Positions 38,829-51,085 of a stretch of DNA of 64,000 nt are shown here, one piece after another. The position numbers and the translations under genes were made by a program. The stretch comes from Octopus sinensis (lineage: Eukaryota), in NCBI RefSeq assembly GCF_006345805.1, contig NC_042998.1, positions 150,598,001 to 150,662,000 on the forward strand, written 5' to 3'. The notes under the pieces were generated by a model that did not search any database, was not told the DNA's origin, and worked only from the letters and a program-made list of their open reading frames with translations. Position 1 is the stretch's first letter, and each line of letters opens with the position of its first letter.

Positions 38829-39911
38829 TGTGTGTGTGTGCGCGCGCGCGTGTATGCATCAATGTACGTATGTATGCATGCATGTGTACACACGCACATA
38901 TTTATATACATGCATATATGTTTGTTGTGTGTGTGTGTGTATGTGTGTATGTGTGTGTGTGTGCGTGCGTGTGTGTGTATTTATATATATATATATATAT
39001 ATATATGGAGTTAAACACAGGTGATATTCAAATCTTTTAACTTCCGAAATATGGTTCAAAGAAAACATTGGTATTATTCCAGAAGAAATATAATTGTGTA
39101 AAACAATGCAATCTTTCAGTAATCACTCAAAGAATTTAGTTAGGAATATTTCACTTAGACTTTCTTGATTATCTGCTAATCAACGATAAAACTGAATGTT
39201 ATAACTCTGCCTTTTTTAAAACAGGCTATAAAGAAAAAATTACCTATATTAACTCTATTGACATTAATTCTACCTCTTATTAATCAGGACATGAAATTAA
39301 GTTATAACGATATTAACAATTTCAATTTTATTTCGAATAACAACACCAAATCGAGTAATGTAATTCTGCAGCGTAATTATTTAAGACCCCTTTTTTTTTT
39401 AATTATAAAGGTACATCGAGGACTATTAAGGATAAGTACTCTAATAACAAGGTATGTCCTAGCAAAACTGTTTGGTTAATAATTCAATATGGTAAGCAGA
39501 TCAAATCCAACCTCCCTTGCCAGTTTCGTGAAGCTATAGAAAAGAATTTCCCAAGAAATTCAAGATACTATTCGGTTATTAATTCACACCGAATTAGGAT
39601 AGGTTTTTCTAACAAAAAGAATCTTTCACAAATCATCTCTTCGCATAATAAGTTGTTAAATACAAATCCACTCAATGAAAATAGTAACATTGATATTGTT
39701 AACACTAACTATTATTTAAATAAGAATAGTAGTCGTCTTAGTGTTTATGATGTTGATTCCAATCACATTCGTTTCTTTAGCAGTAATTCTAAGATAGAAA
39801 CTCTATTTATCAATGTAAAATTACTTCTAGTACTTCATCTCAGTTGTCCAAAAGAATATCTAATCTTTACTCTACATTTAGACATATCAATAAACGTAAC
39901 AATACTGGGAT

Positions 39912-40957
39912 TTTTAAAATTTTATTTTATTTATTTTATTTTATCTAGTTTCAGCTCACGAGCTGTGGCCATGCTGGGGCACCGCCATTCGGTGTTGCTA
40001 CATGATTTTACTTCACGAATGCTTTTTAGCAATTGCCATTTGGTGCATGAGAGAGTTCGATGCAGCTGCCCTCATCTGCACCTCCTGCCGTGAAGTTGGT
40101 GCATCTGGGACACCTGACAGGAAGAGATCCAGTTTTATTTTAAAGACATCTGCATCCACCCCATGCAGGTCTCTCAGGTCCTTCGGGAGGATATTGAAGA
40201 GCTGTGAACCTCTGAAGCCCAGGCTATCACAGTATCTTGTCCTACATCTTGATGGCAAATTTGGAGTCCTTGGCACTATGCAGTGGCACCCAGTTCTAGT
40301 ATTTGTGTAACTCTCGATGCCAAAGTTTGGGACAAGTCCTTCCAGGATCTTCCAGATATATATTATGGCATATCTTTCTCGCCTACGCTCCAAGGAATAG
40401 AGTCTTAATCTCTTGAGTCTTTCCCAATAGCATATATGCTGCACAGAGGCTATCTTCGTGTAGCTTCGTTGGATCGCCTCAAGTTCTGTGATTAACTTGA
40501 CACTGGATGGTGACCATAGCTGAGAGCAATAGTCAAAGTGGCTTAGGACAAGTGTCCTCCAGAGGACCATCATGGTTTCCTGGTCTCTTGTTCTAAAGGT
40601 TCTAAGAATCCATCCGGTCAGCCGCCTACATTTCATTGCCAATTTAGCAACATGCACATGAAAGGTTGCATCATTACTTATGTAAATACCCAGGTCACGC
40701 ACTGATTGTGCCTCTGGGATTGCAATCCCTCCAGGTCCAGTGTATTTATTGGGCATTGCATTTAGTTTTGCATGCTGATAGCATAAAGCTTGAAACTTGC
40801 TATTCTTTTCAGCCCACTTGTATATTTTGTCCAGCTCACATTGCAGGTGCATAGTGTCTTCAGGGTTCTGTATTGCCTGTGAAACTTTTGTATCATCTGC
40901 ATTACCTGGGATCGTTGCTCTCTGCGTGGCTGAGGGCATGTCTGAAAGGGCCATAAT
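39912..40957 (-). mobile_element. CR1-group LINE, 5'-truncated (RT C-terminus, 3'UTR, (TAAAA)n tail)
   Basis: 313-aa ORF 40013-40954 with ADDTK, RDLGI, DYCSQLWSP, LEAIQRSYTK, LYSLERRRER. The TTTTA repeat at ~39920-39945 is the tail. Confidence 0.85.
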
Positions 40958-41474
40958 TGGTAAATTAATTTGATATATAAAGGATCATAATAAACAATTT
41001 GATTTGGAATGGAATATTTTATCTATATCTTTTCTGTATGATGAAGGTAAATCTTTTTGTTCGCTTTGTAACAGTAAAATGTACTTTATCATGTTCTCAG
41101 GGAATCCCTTTGCAAACACGTTTATAGAACGCGTTTATAGTTGCAAACATTGGCAGAAACATACCTTTGGTTCCTATGAGTGATTTCTACCATTCTATAA
41201 AATTCGACATTTTACTGTCTTCTTACATTTCACTTCCACTAAATATATCTACTTCCAAGCCTTTAAGCATTATTCCTATTCACCTATCACTCTCTATCTC
41301 TTCACTATTAGTTTTCTGATAATTTCTTCCTTTCTCCTCTTTCTCTTCCTATAAACTACCTTTGACGTTTTATCTAATAACAGTTTTTTTTTAAACTTGC
41401 TAGCGTTCCCTTCATCATATACGCAGTCATCACATTCTGTAAAAATGTCTTATTGATGTGTTTGGTTACTTTCT

Positions 41475-41560
41475 TTCCCTGATGAGAAGATTGCATTGTT
41501 TTACACCATTTTATTCCTTCTGGAATAATACCAATGTTTTCTTCGAAACATATGTCGGAA
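41475..41560 (+). ncRNA. Type I hammerhead ribozyme with intact core in PLE 3' pLTR
   Basis: UUCC CUGAUGA GAAG-(long extended stem-loop)-CUUC GAAA C-AUAU-G UC/ GGAA. Palindromic CAUAUG helix III, predicted cleavage after 41556. Confidence 0.8.
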
Positions 41561-41769
41561 GTAAAAAGATTTGAATAACACCTGCGTTTAACTCCATCTA
41601 TTTATCTATATTATCAAAAACATTTCACCTAAACTTGGAGTTTCTACCCTTATAAGTAGGCTGTTACATCCTTGGTACTTATGTGAATTTTTGCTACCCT
41701 GGTAACTAGTTATTGATCTTTTCTGTGTTATTTGTAAACATTGAAAAATACATATACATTTATATATAT

Positions 41770-41803
<34 letters not shown>

Positions 41804-42063
41804 ATATATATATATATATATAATATATATATATATGTATGTGTGTGTGTATGTATGTATGTATGTAGTATGTATGTATGTATGTATGTATGTATGTATG
41901 TATGTATGTATGCATGTATGTATGTATGTATGTATGTATATGTGTGTATGTATGTATTATGTATGTATGTATGTGTGTATGTATGCATGTATGTATGCAT
42001 GTGTGTATGTTTGTGTGTGTGTATGTATGTATGTATGTATGTATGTATGTATGTATGTATATA

Positions 42064-42350
42064 GGGTGCATGGCCTCGTGGTTAGAGTGTTGCACTCACT
42101 TTGCGAGATCATGGTCCCAATTCCCAGACAGGGCGTTGCGTTGTGCTCTGGACCAAAACACTTCATCTCACGTTATTCTGCGGTCACTTCGGCACCTGAC
42201 GTACGTACACCGTACACCTGTTCAGACAACGTCGATTTGATTGGCTCATTTACAGTACAAATGATAGGCTAATCACTATAAATAAATCATTTGTGCACGT
42301 CGTTCGGCAAAAGCTGAACACACATAAGTCATCTTCGATGGGAGAAGCCA
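42064..42350 (+). mobile_element. tRNA-derived SINE (degenerate)
   Basis: A-box TGGCCTCGTGG followed by a degraded B-box and a non-tRNA body. Confidence 0.6.
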
Positions 42351-42374
42351 TTATATATATATATATATATGGTC

Positions 42375-42437
42375 AGATAACCGAAGAGATGGTGTTGTGG
42401 ATTTCCACCTCGGCATCCGAAACTCAGAGTTTCATCT
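42375..42437 (+). ncRNA. Hammerhead-like motif (CCGAAGA core), probable solo pLTR remnant
   Basis: AGAUAA CCGAAGA GAUG...CAUC c GAAA C-UCAGA-G UU/ UCAUCU. 5 of 6 bp in helix I. Adjacent to (TA)n. Confidence 0.45.
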
Positions 42438-42699
42438 TGGCTACCGAATAATTGTCACATATTATTTTACAGATAAATTTCCTCTATTTACATAATATTG
42501 AGGTCTCTTTCTTTCTTTTGTTATCTTACCATTTTTACCAATATATATATATATACAACCACGCGCGCGTGTGTGTTTATATTTGTGTGCTTATGTATGC
42601 ACAGCTGTGCATAACATTTATTATATATGTGTTAAACTGTAAAACGATACTGATTGCAATATTTTGTCTCAGAGAAACTCCTCAATGAATCTTGTGCGC

Positions 42700-44050
42700 T
42701 GGAAACAGAAAAAAACGTCAATGGATTGCTAGAGATATTGTTTGGACCTGATTTGATCTTCTTGTGATTCATGCCGTGGATATTCTAATCTTAATTGAAA
42801 ATACTTGTTCCAATATAAAAATCGGCAAAACTAAACATTTACTGATTTGTGCTAAAGCCAGCCAGGCTAGAATTGAATTAATTCGTCAATCCAGCCATCT
42901 TTGATTCACATTGAGAATGACTTTTGAGTTCTTCACTTCATCTCATGATTTTTTTACTTTCGCTGTTATACTTATTTTTACTGCTCAGTAGGTGTTGTCT
43001 AAGCGGTATGATATAGAACTCAAAGACCGTCTGGACTGATCTGATCTTATACCTCTACCTCCGTTTAAAATTGATCCTGTTAGAGTCACTGTTGTCAAGT
43101 TACCAGTCATCGTTAGCATCATTGTAGTCCTGATGTCCAAGCCACAGATTTCTTCAAGTGGCTAGACTCATATTCAAAATGGTGGTACTAGCACTGACAC
43201 TGCAAAAGTATTGTGGGATATAGTTTATCTGAATGCCAACATCTCTGGCTTCCATATCTTTTGAAGTCTGTCAAAATATTCTTTTGTCATTCCAGCTTTA
43301 CTCAACTAATACAATACTCTCGTCGATTCCAAGGTATTTGTAACATTCATCACCGATGTCGCGCTTCGCTAGGTTATTACCCACGTGATTAACAAAATCT
43401 GACATTCATGACTTCACGTGGAATACGCTCCAGCGACGATTTCATCTTTAGCTGCTCTTCTTTTGTAGCCTATCCATCGGTATAAATTCGATATACCATG
43501 ATTTGATGACAGTGAGCATTAGGGTGCATCAGAGAGAGTATTGAGAGACGATGCGGCAGATGAGCGGCGAACAGATGCAGACGGCTGCTGACAACAACCA
43601 CAATGAACAATGGTCAAGAGCAGCACAACGACCAGCAGCTAACTTTTTGACGATCATTACAATTATGCCAAGAACAATAACATTTAAACTCTCTCGGCAT
43701 TTTAGTAACAATAGTATTTGCTTTTTGTGTATGGAAAGAATAAGTTTTGATGGTCGAAAATCGCAACTTTCTCCGGCGTTCCTTTTCATACAAGTGACAG
43801 GAGAGATAAACAGAGCATTGATATCCATGTACTTTGCCTGGTCGACAATCTTCGCTCGTTTCATTATCCAATACGAAAAATTGTTCTGATATTAGAATAC
43901 TATAACCATTTCTAAATGTCTCTTGGTGTTCATAAATATTACGGCTATAAACCAAAAAGGTACCCGTTGACAAGAAAGAATGTATTCCTTGCAGATCCTA
44001 ACATGTAGCCTCGACATTTGTCATCAACAGGATTGAGAAGCTGGTCGCTA
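42700..44050 (-). mobile_element. Highly degenerate R4/Dong-type LINE RT region
   Basis: Minus-strand remnants DFRP, ECYKYLGIDE, KEYFDRLQKIWKPE, HNTFAVSVL, GLDIRTTMMLTMTG, GGRGI are collinear with the ORF at 19944. Confidence 0.65.
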
Positions 44051-44821
44051 CCAATACAAACAACATTAGAGACACTTTGTCACCCTGTAATATTTCCATT
44101 GATATTCTAATTCGTTTCGTGCTTGCAATAGTTATTTTAATCCATCGAGATTTCTGTCTGGACCATGTTGTAGTCTATATTTATGTATGTTTTCATGTAT
44201 GTGTGAAAGTACGCATGTTTATATATAAATATATATGTATGAATGTTTGTATGCGTGTGTAAATGTATTTCTCATTCTTATGCTTGCCTTCTGATGAAAA
44301 ACTAACATCCGAAGCGTCTACAATCTTTCTCTTCATTTTTAAGTGTTAGATTATTATTATATTTGTTAAAACTTGCCCTCCTGACCTTTCTCTTTTTCTT
44401 ATTGTTTTCTTCATTACATTTCCAAGTATGCAAAGATGCATGTATTCATACATATTATATGTATATATATGTATAGGTGTATGTACATATGTATGAATGG
44501 TCGTATGGTTCCATATAAAGGTGAGTATGTATATGTATGTATACATGAATAGATGTATTGATGAACGAATGCATGCATATATGCATGCATGTATAGATGG
44601 ATTCATGAAGGCGTACATGCATATATATATATATATGCATGTATGTATGTATGTATGTATGTATGTATGTATGTATGTATGTATGTATGTATGAATGAAT
44701 GTAGGTATGTGTAGGTGTCTGTATGCATACGTGTGTGTACTTGTGTGTGTGTATGCGATATAATGTAATATTTTCTTGTTAGTCTATTGTGGGTTATCTA
44801 TTTATCAATCATTTTACTGAC

Positions 44822-44889
<68 letters not shown>

Positions 44890-45204
44890 TTCCCTTTCTG
44901 TCTCTCTCGCCCGATATATACACATTTGTACGACAATAACTTTCGAAAGGTTTGGTCGTTATCGTTCTCCAGTATTTCCGTATTGTTGTCGTCCTTGGGG
45001 CAAAACATTCAGCAGCAACAGCAATAGTAGTAATAGTAGTAACGGTGGTGATGGTGATAGTGATGGTGATGGTGGTGGCGCTAGCGTTGACAATAATGCC
45101 CTTGTTGCGGTTATTGTTTCTTGTTCTCGGAATTGCTATACTTCTTCCAGTAAATATAATTGGATGTGTGCGTGTGTATATAGGCGCATGTGTGTGTGCG
45201 TGTC

Positions 45205-45250
<46 letters not shown>

Positions 45251-46505
45251 TGTGTGTGTGAGTGCGTCTGCGTGTGTGTGTGTATGTGTGCGTGCGTGCA
45301 AGAGAAACAGTAAGTAAATGACAATTTTACAACAACGCGATGACGGGGCGCAGCGTGGAAACGAGGTGCGACTGTTATGTGTGCATGTTTATTTCTGTAC
45401 TATTTTATGTGCAGTATGTGTTTATATCTATAGGTGTTTGTAGGTGTTTGTTTATGTCTTTCGTGTGCGCTCATTTATGTGTATGTGTGCTTGTACCATG
45501 TGGATATGTGCGTCTGTCTTTGGTTGTGAAGCAGGACTGTGTCAAGTAGGTGGATATATTTTAGTTGATGCAGCGACATAATAGCCGACAACAATGGCAG
45601 CTGTGAATGTAGATGTGTGATGTATATGTCTGACTATATATACGTGTATATACGTATACACACATACACAGATATACATACATACATACATACATACATA
45701 CATACATACATACATACATACATACATACATACGTGTGTGTGTGCGTGTGTGTGTGTGTACATATATATATACATATATACACACACATATATTTATATA
45801 TTTATAAATATATACATGCACATACATATGCATGTATACATGTAAGTGAACGAACGAAAGTAGCACTCAACACGTAAAAGAGTAAAGAACTTTTATTACA
45901 AGTTGATGCTGACTTAACCCTAGAATTTCATAGGCACAAATCATTATAAGGTGACTGTGTATGCACATAAGTATATGAGAGTGTATGTGTTTGTGTGCCA
46001 ATGTTTGTAATAGTGAGTGAATGGGAAGGGAGAAATAAAGGGGAGAGAAAATGGAGATAGAAGTGAAGTTAAGTACAGAGCACTAGTAAAATGCACAGGA
46101 CAAGGAAAACCACAAACATGGATGCTGTCACCACGCCAGCTTTTGACTGAAAGTCAAAATGATTTCAGTTCTTTAACAGCACAACGACTCGCTTCAGATT
46201 GCCTGTAAATTTATAGCAAGTGCTATTAGGGAATGTGTCATGAAGACAGGACGGTATAAGATGAATGAGACAGGATGAAACTAGTATACGTAAACAGACG
46301 GATAATTAGAAAATATTAGGCGCAGCAAGTATTTAAAACTATCAATTTTACAAAAACAATACCGAGAAAAATTAGTGTTTATGGCTAAGACATAAAGAAC
46401 ATTGGATAAAATAAGAAAGAATATAAAAAGAATATCAAATAGTGAACGACTTACGAGAGGTGTGACAAAGAATAAACTTTGAGTAATGGCAAATATAGGT
46501 AACAC

Positions 46506-46595
<90 letters not shown>

Positions 46596-46596
46596 A

Positions 46597-46677
<81 letters not shown>

Positions 46678-47392
46678 GCGTGGCTGTGTGGTGAGATGTT
46701 CGATTCCCAACAACATTATTCCGGCTTCAGTCCCATTGCGAGGCACAACGGGCAAATGCATGTATTTATGTGTGTGACCATGAGTCTGTTTTTGTCCCAT
46801 GCCACCGTTTGATAGCCGTTGTTGGTATGTATAGGTCCCCGTAACTTAGCAATTCAACAAAAAGGACCGAAGAACAAGGACCAAGTTATAAAAAATACTG
46901 GGATCGATTTATTGGAGTAAAATTCTTCAAGGCGGTGCCCCAGCATGGCCGCAGTCTAATGAGTAAAAAAGTAACAGCTAAAAGATACGTATAAGCGCAG
47001 GCGTGACTGTGTAGTAAGAAGCTTACTTCCCAACCACACGGTTCCGGGTTCAGTCCCACTGCGTGGCACTTTGGGCAAGTGTCTTCTACAATAACCTCGG
47101 ACCAACCAAAGCCCTTTGAGTGGATTTGCAAGACGTAAACTGAAAGAAGCCTGTCTTGCGTGTGTGTGTGTGTGTATATGTGTGTTTCTTTGTGTCTGTG
47201 TTTGTCCCCCATCACTGCTTTACAACTGGTGTTGGTGTTTTTACGTCTCCGTAACTTAGTACTGCGGCAAAGAGACTGATAGAATAAGTACTGAGCTTAC
47301 AAAAAGTCATGTGGTCAACTTGTACTAAAATCCTTCAACGTGGTCCCACAGCATGGCCGCAGTCTAATGATTGAAAGAAGTAAAAAATAAAA
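46678..47392 (+). mobile_element. Two tandem CORE-type SINEs (46678-46975, 46995-47392)
   Basis: Heads GCGTGGCTGTGTGG and GCGCAGGCGTGACTGTGTAGTAAG..GGTTCAGTCC..TTGGGCAAGTG. Tails CCCCAGCATGGCCGCAGTCTAATGA. Confidence 0.85.
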
Positions 47393-47709
47393 GATACATA
47401 TATATATATACTCATAATATATAGTTCATTACATAATTTGCTGTTCCCTTGCGATTTGTTAAATTTCTTAAACACACATACAAATATAAACTATACATAC
47501 GTTTACATATATACTTATATACGTACATACTTGTTACTGTGTAAATTTTTATACTTCTTTCACGCAGTACAGTGAATGAAATATATATTGCATAACTAAT
47601 GAAAGGCTGTCAAAAGCCCTATTCTGCCTGTCAACTATCCACTACGGTGAGAGCTTACATAGCAAATAAGTATTAAATTTTATCGATTCAAGGGACGGGA
47701 AGCGAAACA

Positions 47710-47757
47710 TCTCCTCTGAGGAGCGGCTAACTAACCAGAAAACGGTCCCTCAGGAGA
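47710..47757 (+). ncRNA. Degenerate hammerhead-like motif
   Basis: UCUCCU CUGAGGA ...GAAA...UC/ AGGAGA: 6-bp helix I and canonical CUGAGGA, but helices II and III are eroded. Confidence 0.45.
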
Positions 47758-47867
47758 CACCTTTTTCTGCACATCAAATGCACATAAGGATATTTTTACA
47801 TTATTATAGTTTCTCATCACAACTAGGCCTGTAAATGTTTGAATATATTTTATTCTTTCTGGTTCAT

Positions 47868-47920
47868 GAATTAATACTGGTTCATGAATTAATACTGGTT
47901 CATAATTAATACTGATTAAT
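47868..47920. repeat. 18-bp minisatellite x~3
   Basis: CTGGTTCATGAATTAATA repeated. Confidence 0.85.
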
Positions 47921-48216
47921 TAATGAACAATGATCAAGAGCACAAATAATCAAATTAAGCTACCTAGTAGATGGTTCAATTTACATGTCTAAAAATAATG
48001 ATCTATCCCTGACATAACATCCAGTGACGTAGAAAACGAATATATATCAAATAATTTAGCCCTATCGGGAATGTGTGGCAAAAAGTTGGTAGTCGGGGAA
48101 ATTTAAAGCTGGAACATTTATACTAATACACTTGCACAATGATGACGCCACGACGGTCTTGATTGTGCAAGTGTATTATTACAGATGTTCTGGAAGACAA
48201 AATTGCTTCCCAATAC

Positions 48217-48605
48217 GCGTGGCTGTGTGATAAGAAGCTTGCTTCCCAACCACACAATTCCGAGAACTGTCCTACAGTGTGACACCTTGGGTGAGTGTCG
48301 TATACTATAGCCTCGGGCTGACCATAGCCTTTTGAGTGGATTCGGTAGACGGAAACTGAAAGAAGACCGACGTATATATACATACATGTGTGTGCGTGTG
48401 TGTGTGTGTGAGTGCTTGTCCTTCATCAGCGCTTGATAACTGATGATGGTGTGAATACATCCCTGTAACTTAACGTTTCAGCAAAAGTGACCGATAGAAT
48501 GAACATCAATCTTTAAACAATTATGTGCTGGGATCGATGCGTTCGACTACAAAACTTGAAAGCAGTGTCCCAGCATGGCCGCAGTCTAATGACAGAAGCA
48601 TGTAA
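48217..48605 (+). mobile_element. CORE-type SINE
   Basis: GCGTGGCTGTGTGATAAGAAGCTTGCTTCCCAACC...CCTTGGGTGAGTG...CCCAGCATGGCCGCAGTCTAATGAC. Confidence 0.8.
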
Positions 48606-48642
48606 AGGATTATATATATATATATTTATTTTATAGAAGGAG

Positions 48643-48689
48643 CTTCTACAGGACTAGAACTGTTTCATTCAAAAGAAATCATCAGGAGA
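48643..48689 (-). ncRNA. Type I hammerhead motif (GUA site), partly decayed
   Basis: UCUC CUGAUGA uUUC-uuuu-GAAu GAAA CAG-uucuaguc-CUG UA/ GAAG, followed by AATAAA and (TA)n. Confidence 0.55.
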
Positions 48690-49314
48690 CACAATATGTC
48701 AAGTGCTACTAATAATTACATATGTTGGGAAATGTCTCAGCATTGAACAGAACAGTTGAATGTGTGTGTGTGTACGCGCGTAGGTATGTAAGTATACATA
48801 CATACACACAATTTAAATAAAAATTAACCAATGGAATAACACAGTGATATGAATTGGTCCCTTTTTAAGCTTTGGCCGAACAAGACCATGGAATACTATT
48901 TTGTTTGTCGTGTCCAGTAATGTAATTTGAGAAGACTAACATTAATCCAAAGAACTGGTCATCACACCAATACAAGTTACTGGTCATTCCAATGCTACAA
49001 GCGAAGGCTCTAAACCAAGGTATTCGTAATCCCTTGTTTACAGTAAAAAAAAAACTCTTTTTCGAAAACTTGGTAATTATGATACATCCTTTAGAGGTGG
49101 AGACAAAGCCTATATTGCTCTCTCTCTCTGTTTTTGTGTTCGTATGTATAAATATATAGGCGTAGGAGTGGCTGTGTGGTAAGTAGCTTGCTTATCAACC
49201 ACATGGTTCCGGGTTCAGTCGCGTGTCTTCTACTATAGCCTCGGGCCGACCAAACCTTTGTGAGTGGATTTGGTCGAAGGAAACTGAAAGAAACCCATCG
49301 TATATATGTATATG

Positions 49315-49398
<84 letters not shown>

Positions 49399-49399
49399 A

Positions 49400-50168
49400 T
49401 AATAAAAGGGTAAATAATTTTTTTTCGATGGTTTTTTAGACAACCAACAATTATTTACCGGTAAATTTCGGTATGTAAATATGACTTTTAGCGTCGGGAA
49501 CTTCTGTAGAGTTCAGTATATATAGTAGTATATAAGTAAAAGGGCAGGCAACAGGTTGCTCTGCCGCATACCGAAAGAATTAGAAATGGCAGTCAGAGAC
49601 TGTTTAATTCCATTTTCTACAAGTGGAGGCTCCATATACGACATAACCCTGCGATTCACATACGCAAAATCGGAGTAGCAAATAAAGGAAAACAATCTCT
49701 TACCGTTAATGGTGAACATGTTTCTAGATCGTAGGCGAGAAATTGCCTAAAGTCTTTCGTCAGCACCATCTTCGTTAGATTTATCAAATGCCACTAGCCT
49801 CCACCTCTGATCAGGCGTCATCAGATAGTGGGGGGGGGGAGTGTGCATAGGTTAAAACTAAGTAAACGACTGAGACCGTCAATTTTCCCTCCAAAAATTC
49901 TGCCATGCGCACCACCGGGATAGTCGTAATGGAGTAAAAATCCAATTGGTAATATAATAAAAGGGTAAATAATTTTTTGGGATGGTTTTTTAGACAACCA
50001 ACAATTATTTACCGGTAAATTTCCGTACTCCGATTTCGCGTATGTGAATTGCAGGGTTATGTCGTATATGGAGCCCCCACTTGTAGAAAATGGAATTAAA
50101 CAGTCTCTGACTGCTAATTCTTTCGGTATGCGGCAGAAACTGTTGCCTGCCCTTTTACTATATACTAC
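49400..50168 (-). mobile_element. Non-coding HHR element with direct and inverted repeats (PLE pLTR-like / retrozyme-like)
   Basis: Direct repeat 49401-49470 / 49956-50023 (~555-bp period). Inverted repeat 49523-49677 / 50025-50168. HHR at 49709-49769. Confidence 0.75.
49709..49769 (-). ncRNA. Minimal type I hammerhead ribozyme (CAUG palindrome, GUU site)
   Basis: AUGGUG CUGACGA aAGA..UAGGC-loop-GCCUA..UCUa GAAA CAUG UU/ CACCAU. Perfect 6-bp helix I. Confidence 0.75.
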
Positions 50169-50199
50169 AATATATATATATTATATATATTATATATAT

Positions 50200-50244
<45 letters not shown>

Positions 50245-50555
50245 GTGGTGTGTGTGATATGTGTGTGTGTGGCGTGTGTGTGTGTGTGTGTGTATGTTTG
50301 CGTGTCTGTGTTTGTCCTCCCAACATCGCTTGACAACCGATGCTGGTGTCCCCGTAGCTTAGCGGTTCGGCAAAGGAGCCCGATAGAATAAGTACTAGGC
50401 TTACAAAGAATAAGTCCTGTGGTTGATTTGCTTGACTAAAGGCGGTGCTCCAGCATGGCCACAGTCAAATGACTGAAACAAGTAAAAGAGTAAAGACAGA
50501 TAGATAGGTAGATAGATAGATATCTGTGCATGTATGTGTGTGGGTATATGTGCGT

Positions 50556-50601
<46 letters not shown>

Positions 50602-50689
50602 CTTATCTTTTATTTGATTCAGTGCAGAATTTTTATCGACCCCAGTACTTACATTTTTTTTTTTTTTTTGTAAATCCTGAACTTAATCC

Positions 50690-50816
50690 ATTGGTCTCTT
50701 TGCTGAACCGCTAATGTTACGGGGATGTAAATACACCAACATCGGTTGTCAAGCGGTGGCGAGAAGACAAACACACACATACACACAGACACACACACAC
50801 AAACACAAATATACTA

Positions 50817-50865
<49 letters not shown>

Positions 50866-51012
50866 ACGACGCACTTCTTTCAGTTTCCGCCTTCCAAATC
50901 CACTTTGGTCGGTCCGAGGCTATACAATTCACTTACCTAAGGTGTAACTTAGTGGGACTGAACCCGGAACCATGTGGTTGGGAAGCAAACTTCTTATCAC
51001 ACAACGACGCCT
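50690..51012 (-). mobile_element. CORE-type SINE
   Basis: Reverse complement of head (GGGACTGAACCCGGAACCATGTGGTTGGGAAGCAA) and tail (GCTGAACCGCTAA.GTTACGGGGA). Confidence 0.8.
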
Positions 51013-51085
51013 ATATACATACATTTGTGTATAGGTGCGCGCGCGTGCGTATATATGTAGCGGTATTTGAACTAAATTTGAACTA

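Larger units (their letters stand above)
39005..41730 (+). mobile_element. Penelope-like element (5'-truncated, inverted pLTR at 5' end), interrupted by a CR1-like LINE
   Basis: FPRNSRYYSVINSHRIRIGFSNKKNLSQIISSHNK (thumb). RNNTG|IGKLI*YIKDHNKQFDLEWNIL...CSLCNSKMYFI...CKHW reads across the LINE insertion. 39005-39115 is the reverse complement of ~41487-41597. Confidence 0.85.
49158..50492 (+). mobile_element. CORE-type SINE split by an HHR element in its (TA)n
   Basis: Head 49158-49300 and tail 50295-50492 flank 49400-50168. Confidence 0.8.

Noticed and set aside
44288-44325. CTGATGA...CGAAGCGTC
   Set aside because: No helix II pairing and GAAA is absent.
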